DNA of 64,000 nt, from positions 31,676 through 95,675 of IMG/VR virus record IMGVR_UViG_3300005095_000015; one strand, 5' to 3'. The position numbers and the translations under genes are program-made. The notes below the pieces were generated by a model, which saw only the letters and a program-made list of their open reading frames with translations, ran no database searches and was not told where the DNA came from. Origin of the DNA: a virus. Positions within the stretch are counted from its first letter, which is position 1. Each line of letters opens with the position of its first letter. Shown piece by piece: positions 9,316 to 19,710 of this stretch.

Positions 9316-9834
9316 ATGGCAGTAACTATAGACCAAATTAGAAACTTGGGAGACTTTCTCCCAGTTTACAAGTGGGATGTGCAAATTTCCAAAGTGCCGA
9401 ATGGTGTCACTATTGACTCAAATGCCTTAAACTTTAGAATGCTTACCTCTGAAATACCAAAGATGACAGGCCAGTCTATTGAGATTAACATAAAAGGACA
9501 CAAGGTGAAGCAGCCCGGTATTTATAACTATTCTAACACCTTGAACATGACCTTTGCTGAGACAGTCGATGCTACAATACTTGACTTTATTAAACAGTGG
9601 AGAGAGTTGTGTTGGGAGACCAAAACGGGTAAGCAGAAAAAGTCAGAGGATGTAAAGGCTGAGTTCCTGATGTTTTTGCTTAACAGACAAGACGAGGCTG
9701 TTTGGAAGTTTAGACTAATTGGCTGCTATCTTGAAGACTACGACTTAGGTTCTCTTGATGGTTCCTCTAGTGACATAGTTAGACCTTCCATTACCATAAG
9801 CTACGATTACTTTGAGGATGAGAAGGTAGCATAA
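9316..9834 (+). CDS. Tail tube protein (gp19-like)
   Basis: Follows sheath; gp19-like pattern (..QWREL..., L.GCY....LG.LD, TISYDYF). Confidence 0.85.
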   Translation: MAVTIDQIRNLGDFLPVYKWDVQISKVPNGVTIDSNALNFRMLTSEIPKMTGQSIEINIKGHKVKQPGIYNYSNTLNMTFAETVDATILDFIKQWRELCWETKTGKQKKSEDVKAEFLMFLLNRQDEAVWKFRLIGCYLEDYDLGSLDGSSSDIVRPSITISYDYFEDEKVA

Positions 9835-9844
9835 GGTTTGAGCG

Positions 9845-10333
9845 ATGCCAGTATCTATAGATAAAGTTCGCAACATAGAATGGAGCAGGAGTTATCTTTG
9901 GGATGTTAAGTTTCCTGATGCACCTGCTCCGTTCAATGACTGGTTTCCGGCTATAGATGTTGAGCTCAACCTTGCAACTCTTAATTCTTACGAGTTTCAA
10001 GGTGGTGCGTCCACTTATAAGGTACCTCAGCTTTCATCAGCATTTGACTTAAAAATAACCTATGTTGATGATATCAATGACAGTTTGACTAGATGGATTA
10101 GTGATTGGATAAATGCTGATATTCTTTCAGAGAATAACACTTTGAAACCGTTAAAACAGATTGTAAAAATGGTTCAGATTATGACTTTAGACCTCGACAG
10201 GACTCCACTTCATGTCTATTCACTCTGGGTGTATCCTGAAGGCAGCATCTATTTTCACGGCGATTCAAATGCAGATCCTCATACTTACACAGTTGATTTT
10301 GTAATAGTTGGTAAGGCAAAAACTACTCATTAG
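9845..10333 (+). CDS. Tail tube paralog / baseplate-tube junction protein
   Basis: N-terminus parallels the tube protein (SIDKVRN vs TIDQIRN; WDV); similar length. Confidence 0.65.
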   Translation: MPVSIDKVRNIEWSRSYLWDVKFPDAPAPFNDWFPAIDVELNLATLNSYEFQGGASTYKVPQLSSAFDLKITYVDDINDSLTRWISDWINADILSENNTLKPLKQIVKMVQIMTLDLDRTPLHVYSLWVYPEGSIYFHGDSNADPHTYTVDFVIVGKAKTTH

Positions 10334-10345
10334 AGAGGTGCTTAA

Positions 10346-11125
10346 ATGAGATTAGAGAGAGTAACTCAAGAGCAGAATGTCCAGCAAACCACTGTTCAGT
10401 CTTTACCTAAGTTTGAAGTTACAACTTTGCCTTCCCGAGGTATCCCTTATCCTAATGGATGGAAGATCTATTACTATCCTTATACTTACGGAGATTTGTT
10501 AAAACTTTCTCAATCTAAACTTGATCCTGTGTCTGAAATAGAAGAGGTTTTAAAAGGTATAGAGTGTCAAGGTTTTGATAAGTATGATTTGACTATTTTT
10601 GACTTTCAATATCTATCTATTTTACGACAGCTTTCCTTCTCTGATGATATCCAGGTTTTACTTGAAGCTCCTTGTCCTAGCTGTGGACAAATGGTTCAGA
10701 AGGCGGTATCTGCAAGCTCCGTACAGTACAGTGAGCTTGAAGTTCCCCAACTACCAGTAGTGGTTGAGATTGCTGGACAAGAGCTGGAGTTCTGCCCTCT
10801 TACTGTGGGAAAATTTGTAGAAGCAGTAAAGGTAAAGAAACATACAGATTTGATTTACCTCTTTGCTTTACAAGTTAGTAACCTTGACATCAATAAAGCG
10901 TATAGCCTTATCACTAATGCCTTTGGTGAGGATTTAGTAAAGCTAAAAACAGTTGAGGAAGTGCTTGACCACGGTTTACTACCAGTTGAACTGATCTGCA
11001 AGTGCGGCCACAAGTTTAGTGTGTTGTTTGGGAGAGATGCTGAGAACTACTTTTTTCGTCCCACATTTACCAACAAAAGAGCTGCTGGAACTTGGCTACG
11101 ATTTGGCAAGGTATCAAATAGTTGA
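10346..11125 (+). CDS. Baseplate hub / tail assembly chaperone (gp26-like)
   Basis: TLPSRG.PY, CPSCG and CKCG motifs, FFRP near the end; directly upstream of the tape measure gene. Confidence 0.75.
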   Translation: MRLERVTQEQNVQQTTVQSLPKFEVTTLPSRGIPYPNGWKIYYYPYTYGDLLKLSQSKLDPVSEIEEVLKGIECQGFDKYDLTIFDFQYLSILRQLSFSDDIQVLLEAPCPSCGQMVQKAVSASSVQYSELEVPQLPVVVEIAGQELEFCPLTVGKFVEAVKVKKHTDLIYLFALQVSNLDINKAYSLITNAFGEDLVKLKTVEEVLDHGLLPVELICKCGHKFSVLFGRDAENYFFRPTFTNKRAAGTWLRFGKVSNS

Positions 11126-11219
11126 TTTCTATCATGTACAGTTTCTTGATGCAGGTATTCTCAGAGCTTTGCATGCAATGCTCATGAAGGAGTTAAAGGG
11201 AAAAGAAAATGCTCGGTGA
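11052..11219 (+). CDS. Probable frameshift extension of the chaperone (G-T type), entered at TTT TTT CGT
   Basis: Overlapping +1-frame ORF with no RBS; T6 run at 11051-11056; ends overlapping the tape measure start. Confidence 0.55.
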   Translation, partial: FFVPHLPTKELLELGYDLARYQIVDFYHVQFLDAGILRALHAMLMKELKGKENAR

Positions 11220-12846
11220 AACCTTTAACAGAGTTAAAGGTAGATTTGTTTCAGTTGTAGCTACCCCTTTGTCAAAACTTAAATCATCAGGGCTATCAAG
11301 TACATTTGCTCCAGGGGTGGCTGAGAAGTATCATAATGAGCTGGTAAATACTCTAGTCCAAGCAAAACAAACTGCTTCAATTCTTACTTACAATCAAAAG
11401 ATACTTCAGGAGCTTGCTATAAAGGGAGATAAGCAGGCTATTGAAACGCTTAAGGTGCTAGAAAGCGTAAAGGAAACCAATACGATATTTGACAAGATTC
11501 TGAACCGTGAAAAGATTAGTAAAGAGGAAGCTGATCAGCTCGTTAATGTGCTAGAGAGGTTCACCGAGGTATTGCAAAACTTTGATAAGAATTTGGAAGT
11601 CAATCTAGGGCAGATTCTTGATGCATACAAAGAGCTTATTAAAGATGAGAGAGTTTCAAGAGAAACAAGAGAGCAGATTGTTGAAGAGATTAAGCAGGTT
11701 GTAAAAGAGTCGCAGTTAACAGACGAAGCTGCTGAAGCTATTCTCAAGGCAGGAACAGATGAGTTTGACAGAATAAGCCTTGCTTTAGATAGGTTGAGTT
11801 CTGATGCTACTAATAAAAAGATGTACGCTACATTGAGAGACTTAAACAAAAAATTTGATTTGTCTGTCCTTGAGAATAAAGAGCTTAAAGATTTACTTGA
11901 ATCTGAAGTTGAGAAAGGTAAAAGTTTCAAAGAAGCGTTTCTTGAACATCCCGAAATCTTCTCTACAGCTAAAGATGTTTCCCGGTCCTTGGTTGCTTAC
12001 GAAGCAGGAAGGATGTTCGGTCCAGTTGGACAGCTTATTGGCTCAATGTTTGGTGATAAATTTATAGAGTGGGTTGGTAAAGGGTTGTTTCGTGTTTTTA
12101 GTAGAGGTAGGATTGCTGGTTTGTTTGATAAAGTATTAGAGAAGATTCCTTTCGGCGGAAGGATAGGTGGTGTTGTAGAAGGAATGATACCTGCAGCTGG
12201 TGGCTTGGCTTCCGAGGCGGGAATCTTTGGCAAGATATTAGGTAAAGTTAAAGGACTTGGTGGTCTATTTAGCCTTGGTAAAATAGGAGATCTCCTGGGT
12301 GGTGTTACAAAGCTCGGTGGTGGATTAGTAAAAGGACTTGGTTCAGTTATGGACTTTGTACCTGGCTTAGGACAGCTCTTAGCAATAGGTACAGGTTTAT
12401 TTGGTGCTGTGAAGGGCTTCTTTAATGCCAATCAGATAGCAGGGCATAAGGTAGGCTTAGGTGGTAGGTTAGGTGCAGCTGGTGCATCAGCTTTGTCTGC
12501 TTTGACGCTTGGATTGATTTCACCAAAGAGCATTTACAAGTTTGGGGAATCTGTCATTGGTAAGATTTCAAACTTCTTTGGTTCTTTGTTTGGTGGAAGT
12601 ACAGAAGCCAAAGCTCAAACGAAACCCAAGTTAGTCCAAGAGAGTGCTACAGCAGTCAAGCAGATACAGCAAGCTAAAGGAGCGAAAACATTACCGATTG
12701 ATAAATCAGTAAAGAAAGAATCGCCAGCGGCTGGAGTAAGAGCTGAAGCTCCTACAGCTCAGTTTAACCTTACATTAGCAGCGCAGAGAAAGTTCTACAT
12801 TGATGACTACGGAATAGCTTTTGCTAATATGGTATTATTTGGGTAA
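11209..12846 (+). CDS. Tape measure protein
   Basis: Coiled-coil N-half, Gly/Leu-rich amphipathic C-half; synteny. Confidence 0.8.
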   Translation: MLGETFNRVKGRFVSVVATPLSKLKSSGLSSTFAPGVAEKYHNELVNTLVQAKQTASILTYNQKILQELAIKGDKQAIETLKVLESVKETNTIFDKILNREKISKEEADQLVNVLERFTEVLQNFDKNLEVNLGQILDAYKELIKDERVSRETREQIVEEIKQVVKESQLTDEAAEAILKAGTDEFDRISLALDRLSSDATNKKMYATLRDLNKKFDLSVLENKELKDLLESEVEKGKSFKEAFLEHPEIFSTAKDVSRSLVAYEAGRMFGPVGQLIGSMFGDKFIEWVGKGLFRVFSRGRIAGLFDKVLEKIPFGGRIGGVVEGMIPAAGGLASEAGIFGKILGKVKGLGGLFSLGKIGDLLGGVTKLGGGLVKGLGSVMDFVPGLGQLLAIGTGLFGAVKGFFNANQIAGHKVGLGGRLGAAGASALSALTLGLISPKSIYKFGESVIGKISNFFGSLFGGSTEAKAQTKPKLVQESATAVKQIQQAKGAKTLPIDKSVKKESPAAGVRAEAPTAQFNLTLAAQRKFYIDDYGIAFANMVLFG

Positions 12847-12852
12847 AGGACA

Positions 12853-13470
12853 ATGGCTGAGATAACTACATTCATAGAGCAAGAGCTACTGAATAATCCT
12901 TACTACAGGGTGTTAATTAACACTCCTGCAGGTGTGGTGAAAGGTTTTGTGATGACTGAGTTTCAGTTCTCTGCCCAAGCTGAGTACTCATCACCTTTTG
13001 AAAATATGGGACAGAGCGAAACTCTCAACATGGCAGCAACTGCTGTCTCAATGGCAACAGGTAAAGGGCAGTTTATGTTAAAGTCTTTGAGAACAACTGT
13101 AGCTACCTGGACAGGTACACAGAAACCAACCTTTACACTACCTTTATTGATGATTTCACTAAATGGAGAAGATGTCAAGCAAGAAGTAGCTAAACTACTC
13201 AAAGGAGTATTTCCTACAGGAGTTGATAAGTTGACTGCTCCTTATGGTTACGCAGTTGATGCTGAAGGTAATGTAAAGAGTGGAACTATATCGGTTCAGA
13301 TTGGACAATGGTTTTATGCAAGGAATCAGATATTACGCAGCGTTGATGTTCAGTTTTCCAAAGAGGTTTTGAACAACGGGCTACCTCTCTATGCAAGCGT
13401 AACTATCACTTTTGAACCATATAGACTGCCTAATGCAGATGAAATACTTAGGTATTTTAAGGTGAGTTAG
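12853..13470 (+). CDS. Putative tail tube initiator (gp48/gp54-like)
   Basis: Synteny; C-terminal '..VDVQFS...GLPLYASVTITF'. Confidence 0.6.
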   Translation: MAEITTFIEQELLNNPYYRVLINTPAGVVKGFVMTEFQFSAQAEYSSPFENMGQSETLNMAATAVSMATGKGQFMLKSLRTTVATWTGTQKPTFTLPLLMISLNGEDVKQEVAKLLKGVFPTGVDKLTAPYGYAVDAEGNVKSGTISVQIGQWFYARNQILRSVDVQFSKEVLNNGLPLYASVTITFEPYRLPNADEILRYFKVS

Positions 13471-13472
13471 TT

Positions 13473-13829
13473 ATGGCTGGATACTTTTACATAAATCTAG
13501 GCTATGATTCGCCGGTAAGATATGATGAAGCAAAGTTTATGGAATACGATACCGATGTGTACGATTCTCTCACTTCGTACTTTTTGGATGTACTAAGAAA
13601 ACTACCGGTTCACGGTGAGTATGTAGTGGTTGATGAGGAAGGAAGACCTGATCTGCTGTCTCACAGAATTTATGGATCTACACAGTACTGGTGGATATTA
13701 CTTGTGTACAACAATCTGGTAAGTCCTTTTGATGTACAAAGCGGAATGACTATAAGATATCCATCTATTGACGACTTAGAAGCTCTCTTCTTTAAACTAG
13801 CTGCCTTACAAAGAGGTAAGACCTTATGA
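13473..13829 (+). CDS. Baseplate wedge subunit, gp53-like / LysM
   Basis: GRPDLLSHRIYGSTQYWWILLVYN motif. Confidence 0.85.
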   Translation: MAGYFYINLGYDSPVRYDEAKFMEYDTDVYDSLTSYFLDVLRKLPVHGEYVVVDEEGRPDLLSHRIYGSTQYWWILLVYNNLVSPFDVQSGMTIRYPSIDDLEALFFKLAALQRGKTL

Positions 13830-14956
13830 TAGGTGTAGAAGGACAATATTTACTTAAAGTAAGTTTAGGCGACCTGGATGATTTCCTTAAAGAGGAGGAT
13901 TTGATATCTTTCACCTTGATAGAGGAAGTTGGTAATGTATTGCCACAGTTTGAGTTAATGTTTACTACCGCTGACGCTGATATTCTCTCGTACATAAGTG
14001 AAGGGAATAAACTGCAAATCTCTTTAGGAAGTCATCATTTAGAGCTACTTCCATCACCTTACATGATATTTAGTAAACAGATAGCAAAGGCTGGGCATCA
14101 GTTGTTTAGATTGAAATTGGTTGGCTTATATGACGCTCCTAGATATCTTTCTGAAGACAAAAGTCGTGCGTTTAGCGGAAACTCAAGTGAAGTTATTGTA
14201 CAAATAGCTCAAGAAAATGGTTTTACAGTAGACAACCAAGCAACGACTAACGATGCTCAGAACTGGTTGCAGTCTTCTATTTCTGATAAGCTGTTTGTAA
14301 ATAAAGTGTGGTTGCATTCGTGGATTGATAACTCGGTGCTTACTCTTGCTATAACATCTGATGGTTCTTTTCTACTCCGTGATATTAGAAAGCTCGCTAC
14401 AGAAGATGAAAAGTGGAAATTTGTACCTAATGATCCTAGAAGTGACAAAGAACATTCCTACGGCGGTGACTATGTGGTGATATCAGAGACAGGATTTTTG
14501 AATCAATATGCAGGCTACGGAAGACAGTTTGAGCAGATAAGCCTTTTAGATTCTACCATAGAGACTGTTGTGCCTGATATCTCACCAATCTTTGGACTTT
14601 CGCAAGCATTGGATAGGTTTGCTGAGCTGGTGGGTAAGAGGAAAAGTGTTCAGCTTCCTGTTAACGATAATGTGCACAGTAACTACTGGAAAGCTTACTT
14701 CAACAATTTAGCTTTTTTATCATCCTTAAGCTCAACGAGAATACAGCTTACGGTTGCAGGTTATTACTTACCAGTGCGCCCTTTAGACCTAGTTCACTTT
14801 TATGAGTATGATCCTAATAACAAAATCTCAGTTGGTGCTTATTCAGGTTTGTATGTTGTAACTAAGGTGTCAAGAGTTATTACCAACAAGTCCTTTCAAA
14901 CACATATAGAGATAAGTAGGGAAGTATTGAACTTCCTTAAAGGAGATATAGGGTAA
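13826..14956 (+). CDS. Baseplate hub protein (gp27-like)
   Basis: Synteny before the spike; C-terminal YSGLYVVTKVSRVI. Confidence 0.7.
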   Translation: MIGVEGQYLLKVSLGDLDDFLKEEDLISFTLIEEVGNVLPQFELMFTTADADILSYISEGNKLQISLGSHHLELLPSPYMIFSKQIAKAGHQLFRLKLVGLYDAPRYLSEDKSRAFSGNSSEVIVQIAQENGFTVDNQATTNDAQNWLQSSISDKLFVNKVWLHSWIDNSVLTLAITSDGSFLLRDIRKLATEDEKWKFVPNDPRSDKEHSYGGDYVVISETGFLNQYAGYGRQFEQISLLDSTIETVVPDISPIFGLSQALDRFAELVGKRKSVQLPVNDNVHSNYWKAYFNNLAFLSSLSSTRIQLTVAGYYLPVRPLDLVHFYEYDPNNKISVGAYSGLYVVTKVSRVITNKSFQTHIEISREVLNFLKGDIG

Positions 14957-15624
14957 TGTTTATCAAGTTACCTGAAGTGTTGAAAAAGAGAAACCCATTA
15001 GAGACAATCTGGCTTGGAACAGTGGTAGATAATAATGATCCAAAGAGGCTCGGCAGAGTAAAAGTTTCTATTCCTGGGCTGTGGGACGGTATAGAAACCG
15101 ATGACTTACCTTGGTGTAGTCCTATTAACCCTTACGGACTCGGTGGAAGTTCGAACTGTTCTTGGTTCTCTGTACCTGAAGTAGGAAGCGAGGTTTTAGT
15201 TTGCTTTCCTTACAAGGATCCGCACTTTCCTTTTTACTTTGGTTACTTCCAAACAAGTAAAACACACCAAACCAAGTTTGATGCTGACTATCCAAATAGT
15301 TATGGTTGGGTTGATAGCAAAGGAAACTACTTATTAGTAGATAAGTCGAGTGGGCAGGTAACGGTCAATCACTTCAGCGGCACAACCATAACGATAGATA
15401 GCAGTGGTAATGTGTCTATACAGATAGTGGGAAATGATACAGTGAATATAAGTGGGGATTGTAGCTTAACCGTTCAAGGATCTGCTTCGGTTAAGGCTAG
15501 CGGAGGGGTAACTATTGACGGAGGATCAGGTTCTTTATCTGGAGTTGTAACCCAGCAATGTATTTGTCCATTTACAGGTGCTCCTCACAGCGACTATTCA
15601 GGTGATGTCAAAGCAAGTAAGTAG
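14956..15624 (+). CDS. Baseplate spike, gp5/VgrG OB-fold
   Basis: GTVVDNNDP.RLGRVKV, VPEVGSEV; beta-helix repeats; Cys/His tip CICPFTGAPH. Confidence 0.9.
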   Translation: MFIKLPEVLKKRNPLETIWLGTVVDNNDPKRLGRVKVSIPGLWDGIETDDLPWCSPINPYGLGGSSNCSWFSVPEVGSEVLVCFPYKDPHFPFYFGYFQTSKTHQTKFDADYPNSYGWVDSKGNYLLVDKSSGQVTVNHFSGTTITIDSSGNVSIQIVGNDTVNISGDCSLTVQGSASVKASGGVTIDGGSGSLSGVVTQQCICPFTGAPHSDYSGDVKASK

Positions 15625-15635
15625 GAGGTAACGCA

Positions 15636-15848
15636 ATGGCAATGAGTGCTTCAAGTCTAAAATCAAGGATAGTTACAAATCTAACCAATGCTGGATTTGA
15701 TGTTACAGCAACCGGTAAAGACGGCATAACTTGGATGGATAAGTTTCTCGATGCTATCTCCCAGGCGATTATCGATGAGATAACATCAAATGCTGAGGCA
15801 GTAGGACAAGACAGTAACGGTGATACTCACGATCTTTCAATAATCTAA
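15636..15848 (+). CDS. Small baseplate-associated protein
   Basis: AGGAGGT RBS; between spike and gp25-like genes. Confidence 0.65.
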   Translation: MAMSASSLKSRIVTNLTNAGFDVTATGKDGITWMDKFLDAISQAIIDEITSNAEAVGQDSNGDTHDLSII

Positions 15849-15864
15849 TCGGTAGAGGTTAGCA

Positions 15865-16236
15865 ATGCCTATTTATTCAGATATAAATGTGCTGCCTGAA
15901 AAAGGTAAAAGCCCTGTTGTTTACGATGTAGAAGCTGTATACCAAAGCATAGAGCATATACTATCCACCAAACCGGGAGAAAGGCTTTTCCTACCTGACT
16001 TCTATGCAGAGCTTGAATCTTTGCTTATGGAGCCTATAGATGATGAAACCTCTTTTAAAATTCTTGATACCATCCTTGGTGCAATAGAGAAGTGGGAAAA
16101 CAGGGTGTATTTGCTTTATGCAGAATGTCAAGTTACTCCAAAGCCTGACGAGCATGCATACGATGTTAAGCTCGTATTCAGAATAAGAGGCATAGAAGGA
16201 CAAACATTTGAGTATAGAGGGGTGTTGAGGAAATGA
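15865..16236 (+). CDS. Baseplate wedge / sheath initiator, gp25-like
   Basis: YSDIN, SIEHILST.PGERLFLP.F, IEKWENRV. Confidence 0.9.
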   Translation: MPIYSDINVLPEKGKSPVVYDVEAVYQSIEHILSTKPGERLFLPDFYAELESLLMEPIDDETSFKILDTILGAIEKWENRVYLLYAECQVTPKPDEHAYDVKLVFRIRGIEGQTFEYRGVLRK

Positions 16237-18008
16237 TAAATCTAACTTCGTTATCATTTGAGAAGATAAAAGAAGACCTGCTTAACTACTTACAATCACG
16301 CCCTGACTATGAGAGGTGGAAAGACTTTTTTGAATCCTCTACAGGTACGATATTGATCGAATTGCTTGCGGGGCTAGGTTCTTTTCTATCTCATCTGCTT
16401 ACTGTTGGTAGAAGAGAGGCTTATCTATTTCCTGCTATGCTCAAGTCTTCAACAATAGCAATGGCACAGTTTCTTGGTTACTCAGCGTTTAGAGGTAAAA
16501 ACTCAACAGCCACTCTTACCATTACACCTGAGTATACTACCTCCGTAGCTCGATTTTCCTCTATCGGAACTTACAATGATTATGATTTGGTTATTTTAAG
16601 TGATGTATTTTTGACAGAAGGACAGAGCCAAAATGTAGAAGTTGTAATAGGTAAGAAAGGTGAAGAGACTTTATCAATAGACACAAACGGTATTCATCGA
16701 TTCTCTACCGCTTTTCTTAGTGAAGATGTCCGTCTCTTGCTTGACGGAGCTGAAGTGGAGTTAGGTACTTCGTTTGAAGATTTACTCAACGATAAGTGGT
16801 TGCTTGTTACTAACCCTCTAGAAAGTGTCGATGCAGTATATCTCGGAGAGATTACAGGTACTCACGAGTTGACTTTAGAGTATATCTTGTTTGCTCAAGT
16901 AGATAGTATAGACATTTCAAAAGCTCAATGCTACTACGGTACGATAGAAAGCCTTGTTGATTTCACTCGATATCAATCACCCGAGTCAATCGATAAAATT
17001 AAATCAGTTGCTCCAGCATATCACGATTTGCAAAAGGTAATAAGAAGTAGAGAGGATTATGTAAAGCTGGTTAAACAGTTATTACCAAACGCTGTTGATG
17101 TTGCAGGTAATGACCCTTCACCACCAGAAGTTCAAATCTCTTATGTATTAGAGGATGAGAGCTTGTTGAGTGACGATGACAAGACAAGTTTGCTTAACGA
17201 ACTTGACAAGTACAGACCTTTCGGTTTACCTGTACCAACGATTGTTGATCCTAAGAAGTTGAACTCTGAAATCATAGCACAGCTGAAAGTTTATTCAGGT
17301 TCAAACATGGATGAAATCAAAAGCACTGTTCAAAGCGTAGCTGGTTCTTTTAGTAAGAAACTCGGTATCACGGTGGATGTCGATGAGATTGAGTCAATGA
17401 TCGAATCAGATAGTGCTGTTAAGGTGGCTAGGGTGCAGTGGAAAGTACTCGGTGAGTTTCTAGGCGCTGGTAGCACCGCAACTTCAACCTTCACTGTTAG
17501 GTTCCCTCCCGTGGTTAGTGGTAGTGATATGGTGTACATAGATGGAACTCCAGCTAAAGAGATTACTTCGAGCGTGACAGGAGAAGTGGTTGGTACTGGC
17601 AGCACAGCAGGAACTACTGTTTTTACGGCTACTTTAGCTAATACCAACATCAAACCTAGCACAGTAACCGTTCACTATACCATAGGTACAACAAACTACA
17701 CGGCAGCCGATGATGGAAACGGAAACATAACAGGAACTTACTTGACAGGAACGATTAACTACACGACTGGTGACATTTCACTGACATTTTCCAGTGCTCC
17801 TGATGCTGGAACCAACATAACAGTTGACTATCTTTACTTTCCTTACTGGTACACAATGAACTACACGACAGGAGAGATCACCTTCAAATCTCCACCACCT
17901 GCTGGATCTTCTATAACTGCTGATTACATAACAACTTTAAACGAGGCTCAGCTAGAGTGGAATGAGTACACAACGATGAGTTATCAAATCTCAGTTGAGG
18001 TCGTATAA
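16233..18008 (+). CDS. Baseplate wedge protein (gp6 / baseplate J-like) with nested C-terminal modules
   Basis: SFEKIKEDL..YL, ESIDKIK..AP, REDY motifs. Confidence 0.85.
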   Translation: MINLTSLSFEKIKEDLLNYLQSRPDYERWKDFFESSTGTILIELLAGLGSFLSHLLTVGRREAYLFPAMLKSSTIAMAQFLGYSAFRGKNSTATLTITPEYTTSVARFSSIGTYNDYDLVILSDVFLTEGQSQNVEVVIGKKGEETLSIDTNGIHRFSTAFLSEDVRLLLDGAEVELGTSFEDLLNDKWLLVTNPLESVDAVYLGEITGTHELTLEYILFAQVDSIDISKAQCYYGTIESLVDFTRYQSPESIDKIKSVAPAYHDLQKVIRSREDYVKLVKQLLPNAVDVAGNDPSPPEVQISYVLEDESLLSDDDKTSLLNELDKYRPFGLPVPTIVDPKKLNSEIIAQLKVYSGSNMDEIKSTVQSVAGSFSKKLGITVDVDEIESMIESDSAVKVARVQWKVLGEFLGAGSTATSTFTVRFPPVVSGSDMVYIDGTPAKEITSSVTGEVVGTGSTAGTTVFTATLANTNIKPSTVTVHYTIGTTNYTAADDGNGNITGTYLTGTINYTTGDISLTFSSAPDAGTNITVDYLYFPYWYTMNYTTGEITFKSPPPAGSSITADYITTLNEAQLEWNEYTTMSYQISVEVV

Positions 18009-18010
18009 AG

Positions 18011-18649
18011 ATGAAGAAGCCTTGCAAAGATTACCTTCCTGATTATTTGAAAGAGAACGATTTCTTTGTATTGATAACGGACTTACTTGACTGGCTATTT
18101 GATGAGGAGTTGAGTATCGAGAATCTATCCCCATCCGAAAAGTACAATCTCGATGTAACTGATGAGGACGGACTTAAAGAGATAATGGCTGAGCTTGGTT
18201 TTGATTACATCAGTGATGTGGTAAATTTAACCAAAGAAGAGCTGAAAACTTTAGTTCAGCACACCTTTTTACTTCACTATCTTAAAGGAACTAGAACAGG
18301 ACTTGAACTTGCCTTAAAACTACTTGGAATAGAACACACAGTTGAAGAGTGGTTTGAAATGGATCCTCCTGGTGATCCTTATACCTTTAACCTCGTCATT
18401 GATATGCCGCTTAACCAGGTGCCTGAGCAGGTGCTTGATAAGCTTAGAACATTCTTTCGCTCCTATGTGTTTCCAAAGTGGATCATGTTCCTCACTTGGT
18501 ACGGAGATATAGCTCAGGTAAGCGGTGCTTTTGGTGGATTTTCAAAAACCGAAGTGAGTGCAGAGTTTACCAGTTACATACCAGTACCAAGTGGATGGTT
18601 AGGAACTAGTGTTACTTCAATACCTGTAACTTTCGAGGCTACTTTGTAG
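18011..18649 (+). CDS. Baseplate wedge / phage tail protein I-like
   Basis: LKGTRTGLE..L..LG..VEEWFE..PYTF motif. Confidence 0.75.
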   Translation: MKKPCKDYLPDYLKENDFFVLITDLLDWLFDEELSIENLSPSEKYNLDVTDEDGLKEIMAELGFDYISDVVNLTKEELKTLVQHTFLLHYLKGTRTGLELALKLLGIEHTVEEWFEMDPPGDPYTFNLVIDMPLNQVPEQVLDKLRTFFRSYVFPKWIMFLTWYGDIAQVSGAFGGFSKTEVSAEFTSYIPVPSGWLGTSVTSIPVTFEATL

Positions 18650-18662
18650 GAGGTAGGCTGAT

Positions 18663-19691
18663 ATGGCAATCATAGGAATAATCACAAACGCAGGACTTGA
18701 AGCTGCTCAGAAGGCTGCAACTAACGAAGGTTGGTACCTAAAACCAGTAAAGTTTAGCGTGAGTGAGCTGTCTGGTACTTTGGATCCGTCAAGAACTGAA
18801 CCTTACACTGAATGGTACAGCGGACCTGTATCACCACCAACAATCCGTTCAGCTTCTTACATAGAATTTCCTTGCCACATACCACCTGATGCAAGCACTA
18901 GCAGTAAGAACATAGCCGAGATTTATCTCTGGGTAGAAGATCCCGAGAATGCTGGTCAGTACATACTGTTCGGTATAGGACAACCAGATAATCCGATTCC
19001 TTACTATCCTGACTCAGATATTACGCTTAGATTGAGCATCATCATTCAAAATGTTAACCTTACTGAACTCTTTGAATTTAAGTACAGCCAGGCTTACGAA
19101 ATCTCTGAGCACAATTCTGATCTTTATGCTCATCCAGATATTCAAGACGCACTTGAGAAGGCAGGAATCTATGTAAGACCAGATAAGGATTTTAAGTACG
19201 CTGGGCAGTACTGGGATCAGTATGCAGTGTTCGATAGTACAGTATCCGACGGTGATGTTGTTTACAAAGGAAATGACGGAAAGTATTACCCAGCACTTGC
19301 TGATGGTAGTGAGAAGTCAAATGTAGTTGGTGTCGCTGATTTGAATAGAGGGTTGGTCATAGTTCAGGGGCTTATCCAGACCGCTTATACAACTTATCCA
19401 GCCAATGCAATGGTTTATCTCTCTGACACTCAGCCAGGCAGACTTACGACGGAACAGACAATTGTACCAATCGGTGTTTGCCTTGGCAATGGAGTGATCC
19501 TGGTTGCTGGTAGGGGCGGGGGCGGTGGATCGATAGGTTTGCCTTACAGGACAAAACTTAGCTTGACTTCCAAGTTCACTGTACCAAGTGACTACGGCTG
19601 TGTTGTTCCAGATAGGTTTGTGGTTGATACTGGCGGTGAGCTAATTGTAGAAGATGGTGGCGTGTTTATAGTAGTTGATAACGAAGTGTAA
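18663..19691 (+). CDS. Tail fiber / collar protein
   Basis: ITNAGL N-terminus and HNSDLYAHPDI motif typical of P2-like fibers. Confidence 0.7.
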   Translation: MAIIGIITNAGLEAAQKAATNEGWYLKPVKFSVSELSGTLDPSRTEPYTEWYSGPVSPPTIRSASYIEFPCHIPPDASTSSKNIAEIYLWVEDPENAGQYILFGIGQPDNPIPYYPDSDITLRLSIIIQNVNLTELFEFKYSQAYEISEHNSDLYAHPDIQDALEKAGIYVRPDKDFKYAGQYWDQYAVFDSTVSDGDVVYKGNDGKYYPALADGSEKSNVVGVADLNRGLVIVQGLIQTAYTTYPANAMVYLSDTQPGRLTTEQTIVPIGVCLGNGVILVAGRGGGGGSIGLPYRTKLSLTSKFTVPSDYGCVVPDRFVVDTGGELIVEDGGVFIVVDNEV

Positions 19692-19710
19692 AGGTAGGAG
19701 GTGCTAAGAT

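Noticed and set aside
1110-12855. GGGTAAAG upstream of starts at 1120, 4788 and 12853 as a late regulatory motif
   Set aside because: Only three short copies, one overlapping a stop codon; not distinguishable from weak RBS variants
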